Assembly: GCA_030765485.1 (NCBI GenBank)
Contig: JAVCCR010000032.1
Location: forward strand, 166,289-230,288
Source: Candidatus Gygaella obscura
GTDB taxonomy: Bacteria; Omnitrophota; Gorgyraeia; Gygaellales; Gygaellaceae
DNA: 64,000 bases
Direction: 5' to 3'
This document shows positions 1-8,679 of the stretch, one piece after another. Numbering within the stretch: position 1 is the stretch's first letter; each line of letters begins with the position of its first letter. A program made the translations under genes and the position numbers. The notes beneath the pieces are model-generated. The model was not told the origin of the DNA. It searched no databases and was given only the letters and a program-made list of their open reading frames with translations.

Positions 1-870
1 AATATCCATGTGAAGTTTAATGAGGAATTATTGCATAATTTGCCGCAGTTTTACGTTTTAGATGATAATAGGCTTATTGATCCTATAGGACTTTATGGAC
101 ATTGTTTGCAGATGCAAGCAATGTTTGTTTTGATGAAAACCAGCATTATGGATAGTTTGATAAAGGCTTTTTCGCAATCAGGCGTTGATGTTGATGAATT
201 TGTCTTTTCAGATTATGCGGCATCTTTCTCCGTTTTGGATAAGGCAGATAAGGAAAAAGGTTGCGTTCTTTTAGATATCGGTAGTGAACTTACTCATGTG
301 ATTGTTTTTGAAGAGGGCAGGATCTCTGCTGTCAGGGTATTGAGTGTTGGGTCAAATTCGATTACTGAAGATATTGCAAAAGAAATCAATATAAGCTTTG
401 ATTTGGCTAATGATTTGAAAGTTAGTCATGGCAGCGTGGCAAAAGAAGTCAGTGAGAGCGATAAAGAAATACTTGTAAAAATCAGTTCTACTTATAAAAA
501 AATCAATAAGGTCAATCTTAATCTAGTTATAGGCGCAAGCACGGATCGTCTTTTAAACGAAATAAAATCCAGCTGTGTTGATATTGTTGATTTTCCTCGG
601 ATTAATAAGGTTGTTGCTATTGGTGAAGGGGTTCTTTTAGACGGGTTTTTGGAAAAGATTGAATCACTGTTTGGAATTACTGTTGTTCTGGGTCAATCTA
701 AAGAAAAAAGTTCACAGATTGCATCAAAATATCCTACTTTTTGTATATGTATGGGCATATTGCGTTATAGTTTAAATGATTACATAGAGAACAAAAAAAG
801 CTTTTATGAACGTTTTTCCCCAGTTGGAATCTTTAATAAACTTAAATTGATTTACCAGGAGTATTTTTAA
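1..870 (+). CDS. ftsA: Cell division protein FtsA, C-terminal ~290 aa (5' end lies outside the window)
   Basis: The open frame continues to position 1 with no upstream stop. The translation shows actin-like ATPase C-terminal motifs (LLDIGSELTHV..., VVAIGEGVLLDGFLEKIE...GILRYSLND) typical of FtsA. It sits in a dcw-like context immediately before yggS. Confidence 0.75.
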   Translation, partial: NIHVKFNEELLHNLPQFYVLDDNRLIDPIGLYGHCLQMQAMFVLMKTSIMDSLIKAFSQSGVDVDEFVFSDYAASFSVLDKADKEKGCVLLDIGSELTHVIVFEEGRISAVRVLSVGSNSITEDIAKEINISFDLANDLKVSHGSVAKEVSESDKEILVKISSTYKKINKVNLNLVIGASTDRLLNEIKSSCVDIVDFPRINKVVAIGEGVLLDGFLEKIESLFGITVVLGQSKEKSSQIASKYPTFCICMGILRYSLNDYIENKKSFYERFSPVGIFNKLKLIYQEYF

Positions 871-928
871 AACCCGTCTTTTTGCTTAACTTATTGACAG
901 CGCAGGAGTTTTATGTTAATTTAATTCG

Positions 929-1615
929 ATGATAGCTGCTAATTTACTCAACTTAAGAAGAAAAATTAAGGGCATTTGCGAAAAATGCAACCGAAACTAT
1001 AACGATATCAGGCTGGTTGTGGTAACCAAGACTGTAAAGCAGGAAGCAATAAAGCAGGCTATCTCAAGTGGAATGCATGAAATAGGCGAAAATTATATCC
1101 AGGAAGCTAATAAGAAGTTTGGATATTTAAAGGATAATGCGCTTAAATGGCATTTTATTGGAAAACTACAGAAAAATAAGAGCAAATACGCTGTTAAGAT
1201 CTTTGATTTGATTCATTCTGTGGATAATCTGGATTTGGCAATAGAGATTGATAAACAGAGCCGTAAGCTTAATAAGATTCAGAATATTTTAATACAGGTT
1301 AATGTTTCCGGATGCGCGAGTCAAAACGGCGTAAACATTAAGGAAGTATTTGAGTTGGTAGAAAAGGTAAGCGAATTAAAAAATATTAGACTTCAGGGTT
1401 TGATGATGCTGGCACCTTTTTTTGAAGTTGCAGAAAGAACAAGGCCTTTTTTCAGGAAGCTACGCGAAATAAAAGATGAGATTAATTCAATCCATGCAGA
1501 TAGATTGAACCTGAATATTCTTTCTATGGGGATGACCTGGGATTTTCGTATTGCTTTAGAAGAGGGTTCTAATATGCTTAGAATTGGCAGGGCAATTTTT
1601 GGAGAAAGAACATGA
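929..1615 (+). CDS. yggS: YggS/YlmE-family pyridoxal-phosphate homeostasis protein (alanine-racemase-fold PLP protein)
   Basis: 228 aa. Contains LVVVTKTV...GENYIQE...WHFIGKLQKNKSK, which are the YggS signature segments. It occupies the classical position downstream of ftsA/ftsZ. Confidence 0.8.
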   Translation: MIAANLLNLRRKIKGICEKCNRNYNDIRLVVVTKTVKQEAIKQAISSGMHEIGENYIQEANKKFGYLKDNALKWHFIGKLQKNKSKYAVKIFDLIHSVDNLDLAIEIDKQSRKLNKIQNILIQVNVSGCASQNGVNIKEVFELVEKVSELKNIRLQGLMMLAPFFEVAERTRPFFRKLREIKDEINSIHADRLNLNILSMGMTWDFRIALEEGSNMLRIGRAIFGERT

Positions 1616-2421
1616 AGAAGATAATTGGATTTATTGGTTGCGGAGTTATGGGAGAGGCAATATTGCGTGGATGCAAAAAAGATAAGGATTTTAAGTTCGT
1701 AGCTATTGATAAAGTTAAGACTACAGAAGCTTTATTCTGCCGAAACCATAAAGCTAAATCAGCAAACAGCATTAAGGATATTGTAAAATTAGCTGATGTT
1801 ATTCTTATTGCTGTTAAGCCGCAGGATATAGATAATGTTTTACTGGAGATAAAAAAAGCGCTACCGGATTTAAAGAAAATGCCGCTGGTAATTTCCATTG
1901 CAGCCGGTATTACTACTAAATATATCGAACACTGCATAGGTTTTAAACTAAAAGTAGTGCGTGCCATGCCGAATATGGCGGCTATATTGGGGGAAAGCGT
2001 AACTGCTTTAAAAAAGGGACGCTTTGCTAATGTTAAAGATTTAGCAATAGCAAAAGACATATTTGAAAAAGTTGGTTTAGTTATTGAGGTAAAAAAAGAT
2101 GAAGATATTGATATTGTCACAGCTTTATCCGGAAGCGGACCAGCATATTTATTTTATATAGTTGCCGCTTTTATGGCTGCTGCAGAATATATGAAGTTTG
2201 ATAAGAAAAAAACAGACGAGCTCATATTTAAGACTTTGATTGGTTCTGCAGAATTATTAAAAGAGAATAAATTTAATACTAAAAAACTTGTTGCTAAAGT
2301 TGCTTCAAAAGGCGGTACTACTGAGGCAGCTTTAAAGGTGTTTAAAAAGAAAAAATTAAATAAGATTATCTCTGATGGTATATTAGCTGCTTTTAAACGA
2401 GCGACAGAGTTATCTCGATAG
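1612..2421 (+). CDS. proC: Pyrroline-5-carboxylate reductase
   Basis: 269 aa with an N-terminal Rossmann motif IGFIGCGVMGEAI and a ProC-like C-terminal dimerisation region. There is a 4-nt ATGA overlap with yggS. The yggS-proC linkage is common. Confidence 0.8.
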   Translation: MKKIIGFIGCGVMGEAILRGCKKDKDFKFVAIDKVKTTEALFCRNHKAKSANSIKDIVKLADVILIAVKPQDIDNVLLEIKKALPDLKKMPLVISIAAGITTKYIEHCIGFKLKVVRAMPNMAAILGESVTALKKGRFANVKDLAIAKDIFEKVGLVIEVKKDEDIDIVTALSGSGPAYLFYIVAAFMAAAEYMKFDKKKTDELIFKTLIGSAELLKENKFNTKKLVAKVASKGGTTEAALKVFKKKKLNKIISDGILAAFKRATELSR

Positions 2422-2429
2422 GAGGAACA

Positions 2430-3287
2430 ATGATTAAGGTTGGCATAATCGGAGGAAGCGGGATATATGATATTGATGGCCTGGATAATATCAAGGAGGT
2501 GGAAGTAAATACCCCTTTTGGCAAGCCGTCGGATAAATTTATTACAGGAAATCTGGAAGGTAAGGATATTGTATTTTTACCAAGACATGGAAGGGGGCAT
2601 TTGGTTTCTCCTACGAACATAAATTATCGCGCCAATATATTTGCGATGAAAAAACTTGGTGTTGAATGCATTATTTCCGTGACTGCCTGTGGAAGTTTAA
2701 AAGAAGAGCTTAAGCCAATGGATTTTGTCGTGGTGGATCAGTTTGTGGATAGGACTAATCATTCACGGGAAATGTCATTCTTTGATAATGGTATAGTGGC
2801 CCATATTATGTTTGCACATCCGGTATGTAAAAGTCTCAGTGAGCTTATTTATAAAAGCGGAAAAGATTTAGGTATTGATATGCACGAAAAAGGCACCTAT
2901 ATTAATATGGAAGGGCCGGCTTTTTCTACATTGGCAGAATCTAAACTCTACCGCAGTTGGGGGATGGATATAATCGGAATGACCAATATGCCTGAGGCAA
3001 AATTAGCCAGAGAAGCTGAGATTTGTTACGCTACTTTAGCTGCTGTTACCGATTATGACTGCTGGCATCCTGAGCATGATAATGTTACTACAGAAATGGT
3101 TATAAATAATCTTATTAAAAATATTGAAAATGCAAAGAAAATCCTAAAACAGGTTATTAAATCTATGCCGGAAACGAGAGTATGCGTTTGTAAAGATTCG
3201 CTTCAGAATGCGATAATTACCGATAAGAAGAAGATTCCCGAATCCGTAAAAAATGATTTATCAATTTTAATTGGAAAGTACCTATAG
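2430..3287 (+). CDS. mtnP: S-methyl-5'-thioadenosine phosphorylase / PNP family-2 nucleoside phosphorylase
   Basis: 285 aa. The segments VGIIGGSG...FLPRHGRGH...NIFAMKKLGVECIISVTACGSL...IGMTNMPEAKLAREAEICYA match MTAP/PNP family 2. Confidence 0.75.
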   Translation: MIKVGIIGGSGIYDIDGLDNIKEVEVNTPFGKPSDKFITGNLEGKDIVFLPRHGRGHLVSPTNINYRANIFAMKKLGVECIISVTACGSLKEELKPMDFVVVDQFVDRTNHSREMSFFDNGIVAHIMFAHPVCKSLSELIYKSGKDLGIDMHEKGTYINMEGPAFSTLAESKLYRSWGMDIIGMTNMPEAKLAREAEICYATLAAVTDYDCWHPEHDNVTTEMVINNLIKNIENAKKILKQVIKSMPETRVCVCKDSLQNAIITDKKKIPESVKNDLSILIGKYL

Positions 3288-3292
3288 ATAAA

Positions 3293-6133
3293 ATGGATTA
3301 TAAAAAAACATTAAATCTTCCCAAGACAAAATTTCCGATGAAGGCTAATCTGCCGATTTCTGAGCCGATGATTTTAAAACACTGGCAGGAAATAGGGATA
3401 TTTTCTTTAATCAGCAGTAAAAAAAATAATAGCGAAAAATATATCCTGCATGACGGACCACCGTATGCAAACGGTAATATTCATTTAGGCCATGCCTTGA
3501 ATAAGATTTTAAAAGATATGATTATTAAGTTTAAGTCTATGCAGGGATTTGATACTTATTATGTACCTGGATGGGATTGTCACGGGCTTCCTATAGAACA
3601 CCAGCTGTTTAAGGAACTAGGCATTAATAAGGCAGAGATAAGTCAGATTAAATTCCGTAAAAAAGCATATCGTTTTGCTGAGAAATTTGTAAATCTGCAG
3701 CGTGAACAGTTCAAGCGTCTTGCTGTTTTTGCAGATTGGGACAATCCTTATCTTACCATGGCGCCGAGTTATGAAGAATCAATTATTACTTCATTCGGCA
3801 AGATAGCCCAAAAGGGGTATATCTACCGCGGGTTAAAACCGGTTAACTGGTGCAAGAGCTGTGAAACAGCCCTTGCCGAGGCGGAAGTTGAATATAAGGA
3901 TGTAACTTCTGCGTCTATCTATGTAAAGTTCAAGCTTGAAGACTGTGATAGGTTTAAAGATAAAACCTATTTACTTATCTGGACAACAACACCTTGGACG
4001 CTTATTGCTAATGTTGCAGTTGCTGCGCATAAGGATTTAGTTTATGTGTATGTACGCTTGGGTGATGAATATTTGGTTATGGCAAAAGATTTATTAGGCA
4101 GCGTGTTAGAAAAATCAGGAAAAACAGAATATGAGGTTATTGAGGAATTTAAAGGAAATGAATTAGAAGGTTTGGGTTACGCGCATCCTTTTATAAATCG
4201 TAAAGGCAAGATTGTGACTGCTGATTATGTTTCTAAAGAAGATGGTTCTGGTTTAGTTCATATTGCCCCTGGTCATGGAGCAGATGATTATCTGGTAGGG
4301 TTAAAATATAAGCTTAATATGATTATGCCTGTTGATGAAAAGGGATGTTTTGATGATTCTGCTGGAGAATTTACCGGATTAAGCGTCAATAAGGCAAATA
4401 CGGCAATAATCGAAAAGCTTAAAGACGAAGGCTATCTATTAACAAGTGAAGAAATTACGCATTCTTATCCTCATTGCTGGCGTTGTAAACAACCGATAAT
4501 TTTTCGTGCCACCAAGCAGTGGTTTCTGTCTTTAGAAAAAGATTCATTGAGGCAAAGACTTATTGAGATAGTTGAAAAACAGGTTCGTTGGGTGCCTGAT
4601 TCCGGTAAGGAGAGAATAAAGTCGATGCTGGAAACGCGTCCTGACTGGTGTCTTTCCCGGCAGAGATACTGGGGTGTACCGATTCCTTCATTAGTCTGCG
4701 TTAAATGTAAGAATGAGTTTTTAGACGAAAAATTTATTGAGCAGTTTGCAAAACTGGTTTCAAAAGAGGGTACTGACTGTTGGTTTCAAAAAGAATTAAA
4801 AGATTTTATGCCGAAAGATACGAAATGCCCTTGTTGCGGTGGTCAGGATTTAGTTAAGGGAACGGATATTTTAGATGTTTGGTTTGATTCAGGTGTGAGT
4901 CATCAAGCAGTTTTAAAAAAGAGAGCCGAATTAGGCTCCACGCCTTGCGCGCTTTATCTTGAGGGTTCTGATCAGCACCGGGGATGGTTTCAATCTTCTT
5001 TGATACCTTCGGTCTGTATTGATAAAATCCCTCCTTTTAAAAGCGTGTTAACCCATGGATTTGTTGTTGATGGTCATGGGAGGAAGATGTCAAAATCTTT
5101 AGGTAATGTAATTTCACCGTTTGACATCATCAAAGATTACGGTGTGGATATTTTAAGGCTTTGGGTTTGTTCGAGTGACTATAATGAAGACATCAGGATC
5201 TCTGCGGAGATTATTAAAAGGTTATCTGAGGCATACCGAAAGATTCGTAATACCACAAGGTTTATTTTAAGCAATCTTTATGATTTTGATTTTGATAAAC
5301 GAAATCTGGACTACAGGCAGTTTTCAAAAATCGATAAATGGATTTTATTCAAACTTAGCTATACAATAAACAAAGTAGAAGCTCATTATGATACTTTTGA
5401 ATTCCATAAGGCATTTAAGGAAATTTATAATTTTTGCAATATTGATTTGTCTATGTTTTATCTGGATATGGTAAAGGGAAGGCTTTATACCTATGCCAAT
5501 GATTCTTTTAAGCGGCGCATGACTCAAACTGTAATTTTTGAAATAGTTAATTCGTTGTTGCGTTTGATTGCACCTGTTTTAAGTTTTACGGCAGAGGAAA
5601 TCTGGCAGTATATTCCAAAGCCAACTCCGGAGAAAGAAATAAAAAGTATTCATCTTCTTGATTGGCCTAAGGAAATTTTAGGTAGGAAAATTTCTGAAAT
5701 AGCAAGAGAGCTGAAACCGCTGGAAGAGGATTTGGATGTTATCTTAAGGCTTTTGCCTGACGTGGCTTTGGCTTTGGAAGAGAGAAGAACTGTCGGAGCA
5801 ATCGGTAGTTCTTTCGATGCAAAAATAAAGTTGTTGACAAATGATGAAATTCGTTATAAATATTTAACATCTTTAAGTGACGGATTAAGCGAGATTTTTA
5901 AGGTTTCGCAGGTGGAGATAGAAAAAACGTCCGATGATAGCGATAAATTAGAAACACTAGGAAAGTCAAGCGGGTTTAAGGATATAGTTTTTGTTGTAGA
6001 TAAAGCAGATGGAAAAAAATGCGTACGCTGCTGGAATTATACGCTTGATATTGGGAATGATGCAGAACATAAAGAAATTTGTGCTAATTGTATAAATGCA
6101 ATAAAAAAGGCGGAAAAAAATGAAACAATTTAA
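3293..6133 (+). CDS. ileS: Isoleucyl-tRNA synthetase
   Basis: 946 aa class I aaRS with HIGH (PYANGNIHLGH), KMSKS (KMSKSLGN), a CP1 editing region, and a C-terminal zinc-binding CxxC...CxxC (CVRCW...CANC). Confidence 0.95.
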   Translation: MDYKKTLNLPKTKFPMKANLPISEPMILKHWQEIGIFSLISSKKNNSEKYILHDGPPYANGNIHLGHALNKILKDMIIKFKSMQGFDTYYVPGWDCHGLPIEHQLFKELGINKAEISQIKFRKKAYRFAEKFVNLQREQFKRLAVFADWDNPYLTMAPSYEESIITSFGKIAQKGYIYRGLKPVNWCKSCETALAEAEVEYKDVTSASIYVKFKLEDCDRFKDKTYLLIWTTTPWTLIANVAVAAHKDLVYVYVRLGDEYLVMAKDLLGSVLEKSGKTEYEVIEEFKGNELEGLGYAHPFINRKGKIVTADYVSKEDGSGLVHIAPGHGADDYLVGLKYKLNMIMPVDEKGCFDDSAGEFTGLSVNKANTAIIEKLKDEGYLLTSEEITHSYPHCWRCKQPIIFRATKQWFLSLEKDSLRQRLIEIVEKQVRWVPDSGKERIKSMLETRPDWCLSRQRYWGVPIPSLVCVKCKNEFLDEKFIEQFAKLVSKEGTDCWFQKELKDFMPKDTKCPCCGGQDLVKGTDILDVWFDSGVSHQAVLKKRAELGSTPCALYLEGSDQHRGWFQSSLIPSVCIDKIPPFKSVLTHGFVVDGHGRKMSKSLGNVISPFDIIKDYGVDILRLWVCSSDYNEDIRISAEIIKRLSEAYRKIRNTTRFILSNLYDFDFDKRNLDYRQFSKIDKWILFKLSYTINKVEAHYDTFEFHKAFKEIYNFCNIDLSMFYLDMVKGRLYTYANDSFKRRMTQTVIFEIVNSLLRLIAPVLSFTAEEIWQYIPKPTPEKEIKSIHLLDWPKEILGRKISEIARELKPLEEDLDVILRLLPDVALALEERRTVGAIGSSFDAKIKLLTNDEIRYKYLTSLSDGLSEIFKVSQVEIEKTSDDSDKLETLGKSSGFKDIVFVVDKADGKKCVRCWNYTLDIGNDAEHKEICANCINAIKKAEKNETI

Positions 6134-6506
6134 AATGAATAAGGCTGATCTTAAGAAACATAAGGAAATTTTATTAAAAAGGAAAGAAGAGATTGTTGAG
6201 CAGATTGAACATATCTCACGGGATACCCTGAAACTTTCACAGAAAGATGCTTCAGGGGATATTTCTGGATATGCTTATCATATGGCAGATTTGGCAACAG
6301 ATTCTTTTGACAGAGAATTTTCTTTGGGGCTAGCATCTAACGAGAGACAGTTGCTTTATGAGATAAACGATGCCTTAAGAAGAGTTGAAGATGGCTCTTT
6401 TGGTAAGTGCAGTGCTTGCGATAAACCAATTCCCAAAACACGATTAAAAGCAATTCCTTATAGTAAGCTTTGCTTGAAATGCCAAAAGCTACAAGAGAAA
6501 TCATAA
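6120..6506 (+). CDS. DksA/TraR-family C4 zinc-finger protein
   Basis: 128 aa with an N-terminal coiled-coil region and a C-terminal CSACDKPIP...CLKCQ four-cysteine finger. It overlaps the ileS stop by 14 nt and the lspA start. Confidence 0.7.
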   Translation: MKQFKMNKADLKKHKEILLKRKEEIVEQIEHISRDTLKLSQKDASGDISGYAYHMADLATDSFDREFSLGLASNERQLLYEINDALRRVEDGSFGKCSACDKPIPKTRLKAIPYSKLCLKCQKLQEKS

Positions 6507-6970
6507 ATAAAGCTTATTGTAAAAACACGTTTCTTGTTTTATTTTGTGTATTGATAGTCGCTTTTGATCAATATACCAAATCTCTTGCTTTAAAATATCT
6601 ATCTTTATTAAGGCCTCAGGAAGTTATCCATAAAATATTTTATCTGACGTTAAGCTTTAATACCGGAGTCGCATTCGGTATGTTTAAAAACCAAACAATA
6701 TTTTTTGTGGTTATTTCTTTTATTGCCGCGATAGTAATTATTATAAATATTTTACGCAGCAAGAATTTTATTGAGAATTTAGGATTTATTTTTATACTTG
6801 CTGGTGCAATCGGTAATTTGATTGATCGTTTAAGGTATGGTTTTGTCGTAGATTTTATTGATTTTGTTATTTGGCCGGTTTTCAATGTTGCCGACAGCTT
6901 CATAACTATAGGCGCTTTTATAATTATTTTTGTTACCTTTTTTACTAAACCAAAACAATACAAAAGTTAA
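6479..6970 (+). CDS. lspA: Lipoprotein signal peptidase (signal peptidase II)
   Basis: Multi-TM protein with conserved FDQYTK, NTGVAFGMF, GAIGNLIDRLRYGFVVDFIDF and FNVADSFI blocks. The ORF track starts at 6470; the ATG at 6479 is the more likely start. It is in the ileS-lspA neighbourhood. Confidence 0.8.
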   Translation: MPKATREIINKAYCKNTFLVLFCVLIVAFDQYTKSLALKYLSLLRPQEVIHKIFYLTLSFNTGVAFGMFKNQTIFFVVISFIAAIVIIINILRSKNFIENLGFIFILAGAIGNLIDRLRYGFVVDFIDFVIWPVFNVADSFITIGAFIIIFVTFFTKPKQYKS

Positions 6971-6972
6971 CA

Positions 6973-7884
6973 ATGAAACGTTTCGAGTTATTTGTAGAGC
7001 CAATAGATAAAGAAAAAAGAATCGATACTTATTTAACTGACGTCTTGGTTAAGTACGGGGTATCAAGGAGTCTTATTAAGGAATTGATTAAGGAAAAGAA
7101 AGTCATTTTAAACAACAAGAAGGCTTTTAAGGTACATTATAAAGTACGGGAAAATGATCGAATATTGATTGATGTTCCGGAAAAAGGGAAGATTGATCTT
7201 CAGCCGCAAGAAATTAATTTCGATATTGTTTATGAAGATGATAATTTAATCGTAGTAAATAAGCCAATTGGTTTGGTGGTTCATCCTGCGCCAGGAAATA
7301 TTGATAGGACTTTGGTAAACGCATTGTTGTTTCATACAAATAAACTCTCTAATATAAATCCTGATAGGCCGGGTATTGTGCATAGGTTGGATAAAGATAC
7401 TTCTGGTCTTCTTGTTGTTGCAAAAGACAATAGTACTCATCTTGATTTATCACGTCAATTTGCCCAGAGGAAAGTGAAGAAAATGTATGTGGCGGTAGTA
7501 GAAGGAGAAGTGGAGTTTGCTGAGGGTGTAATTGATATACCTATTTCGCGCAACCCCAGGGACTTTAAAAAAATGCGTGTCTCTTTCCACGAAGATGCAA
7601 GGAAGGCAAAGACTTTTTATAAAGTTCTTTGTTCAAATAAAAATTTTACGCTTCTTGAATTAAAACCTGTTACGGGAAGAACCCATCAGTTGAGGGTGCA
7701 TATGCGTTATTTGGGCTATCCGATTTTAGGGGATGCTAAATATTCGAATAAAAAAGGCTATGCTCGGCTTTTTCTTCATGCAAAGTATTTAAAGTTTATG
7801 CATCCGGTCAAAAATAAAGTTATGGAGTTTAATCTTAAGATTCCAAAGAAGTTTAAGGAGTTTTTTGACAATAAAATATCTTGA
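6973..7884 (+). CDS. rluD: RluA-family 23S rRNA pseudouridine synthase (RluD-like)
   Basis: N-terminal S4 domain (RIDTYL...), catalytic HRLDKDTSGLLVVAK motif, and THQLRVHM. Confidence 0.8.
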   Translation: MKRFELFVEPIDKEKRIDTYLTDVLVKYGVSRSLIKELIKEKKVILNNKKAFKVHYKVRENDRILIDVPEKGKIDLQPQEINFDIVYEDDNLIVVNKPIGLVVHPAPGNIDRTLVNALLFHTNKLSNINPDRPGIVHRLDKDTSGLLVVAKDNSTHLDLSRQFAQRKVKKMYVAVVEGEVEFAEGVIDIPISRNPRDFKKMRVSFHEDARKAKTFYKVLCSNKNFTLLELKPVTGRTHQLRVHMRYLGYPILGDAKYSNKKGYARLFLHAKYLKFMHPVKNKVMEFNLKIPKKFKEFFDNKIS

Positions 7885-7908
7885 AAATTAGTTCCCCAAT
7901 GCTATAAT
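7881..7908 (+). promoter_or_regulatory. Putative sigma70 promoter (TTGAAA-16-TATAAT) for the 7932 gene
   Basis: TTGAAA at 7881-7886 and TATAAT at 7903-7908, followed by AAGGAGG 6 nt before the ATG at 7932. Confidence 0.4.
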
Positions 7909-7931
7909 ATTTATAAGGTAAGGAGGTTTTA

Positions 7932-8672
7932 ATGAATAAATCAGGAAAAATTACAGGAATTATATTTATTTTACTTATCGTCATTTTGGTTTCTGCTGCC
8001 GGTTATTTATTTTTTCAGTGGCAACAGGAAAAGCAGCGCGGGGATGCTTTGCAGGTAAAAGTTTTATCATTAGAAACGGAAAAAAAAGCTTTAGTCAGTA
8101 AATATAGAATTACTCTTGTTAAGCTAGAGGAATTGGATGTCCAGTTAAAAGAAAAGGATTTAAAGGCGCAGGCCTTAGAAGAGAATTTGCGTAGCGCCGA
8201 AGAGTTGAGAAAAAAAGCCATAGAAGACGTAAACGCGATTCATCAGCAGATGGCAGAAGCTGAGAAAGCAAAGAAAGAACTCGAGATCCAGTTAAATCAG
8301 ACCAAAGAAGAATTAGATTCCTTAAAGTCAAAAATGAACGTAATCCATGAATCTAGTAAGGTTGAAACCCAAGAGCAGATTTATTCTTCAGCGGAAGACG
8401 TGGATTTAGAAAAAATTGTAGTTTCTTCGAATGAAAGCCTTCAGGCTAAAGACGCTCGGGTTTTGGTTGTAAATAAAGAGTATGATTTTGTAGTTCTAAA
8501 CCTTGGTAAGCACGATGATATTGCAATAGGAGATATAGTTCAGGTAATAAGAGGCGATGCTATTATTGGTTCTTTGGAAGTTGAGGAAGTTAGAGAAACT
8601 ATGTCTGTTGCCAGATTCTCCACAGAAGGTTTAAAAGAACAGATAAAAGAAGGCGATTTACTAGCTTTATAA
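7932..8672 (+). CDS. Membrane-anchored coiled-coil protein with a conserved C-terminal beta domain (hypothetical)
   Basis: 246 aa with an N-terminal TM helix (ITGIIFILLIVILVSAAGYLFF), ~130 aa of heptad-rich coiled coil, and a C-terminal block VVLNLGKHDDIAIGDIVQVIRGD..IGSLEVEEV. I do not recognise a family. Confidence 0.45.
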   Translation: MNKSGKITGIIFILLIVILVSAAGYLFFQWQQEKQRGDALQVKVLSLETEKKALVSKYRITLVKLEELDVQLKEKDLKAQALEENLRSAEELRKKAIEDVNAIHQQMAEAEKAKKELEIQLNQTKEELDSLKSKMNVIHESSKVETQEQIYSSAEDVDLEKIVVSSNESLQAKDARVLVVNKEYDFVVLNLGKHDDIAIGDIVQVIRGDAIIGSLEVEEVRETMSVARFSTEGLKEQIKEGDLLAL

Positions 8673-8679
8673 ATTTATA

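Noticed and set aside
1578-2120. 180-aa minus-strand ORF antisense to proC
   Set aside because: Low-complexity Ser/Ile/Phe-rich translation with no recognisable motif. It overlaps a well-supported + strand gene and is a typical AT-rich antisense artefact.
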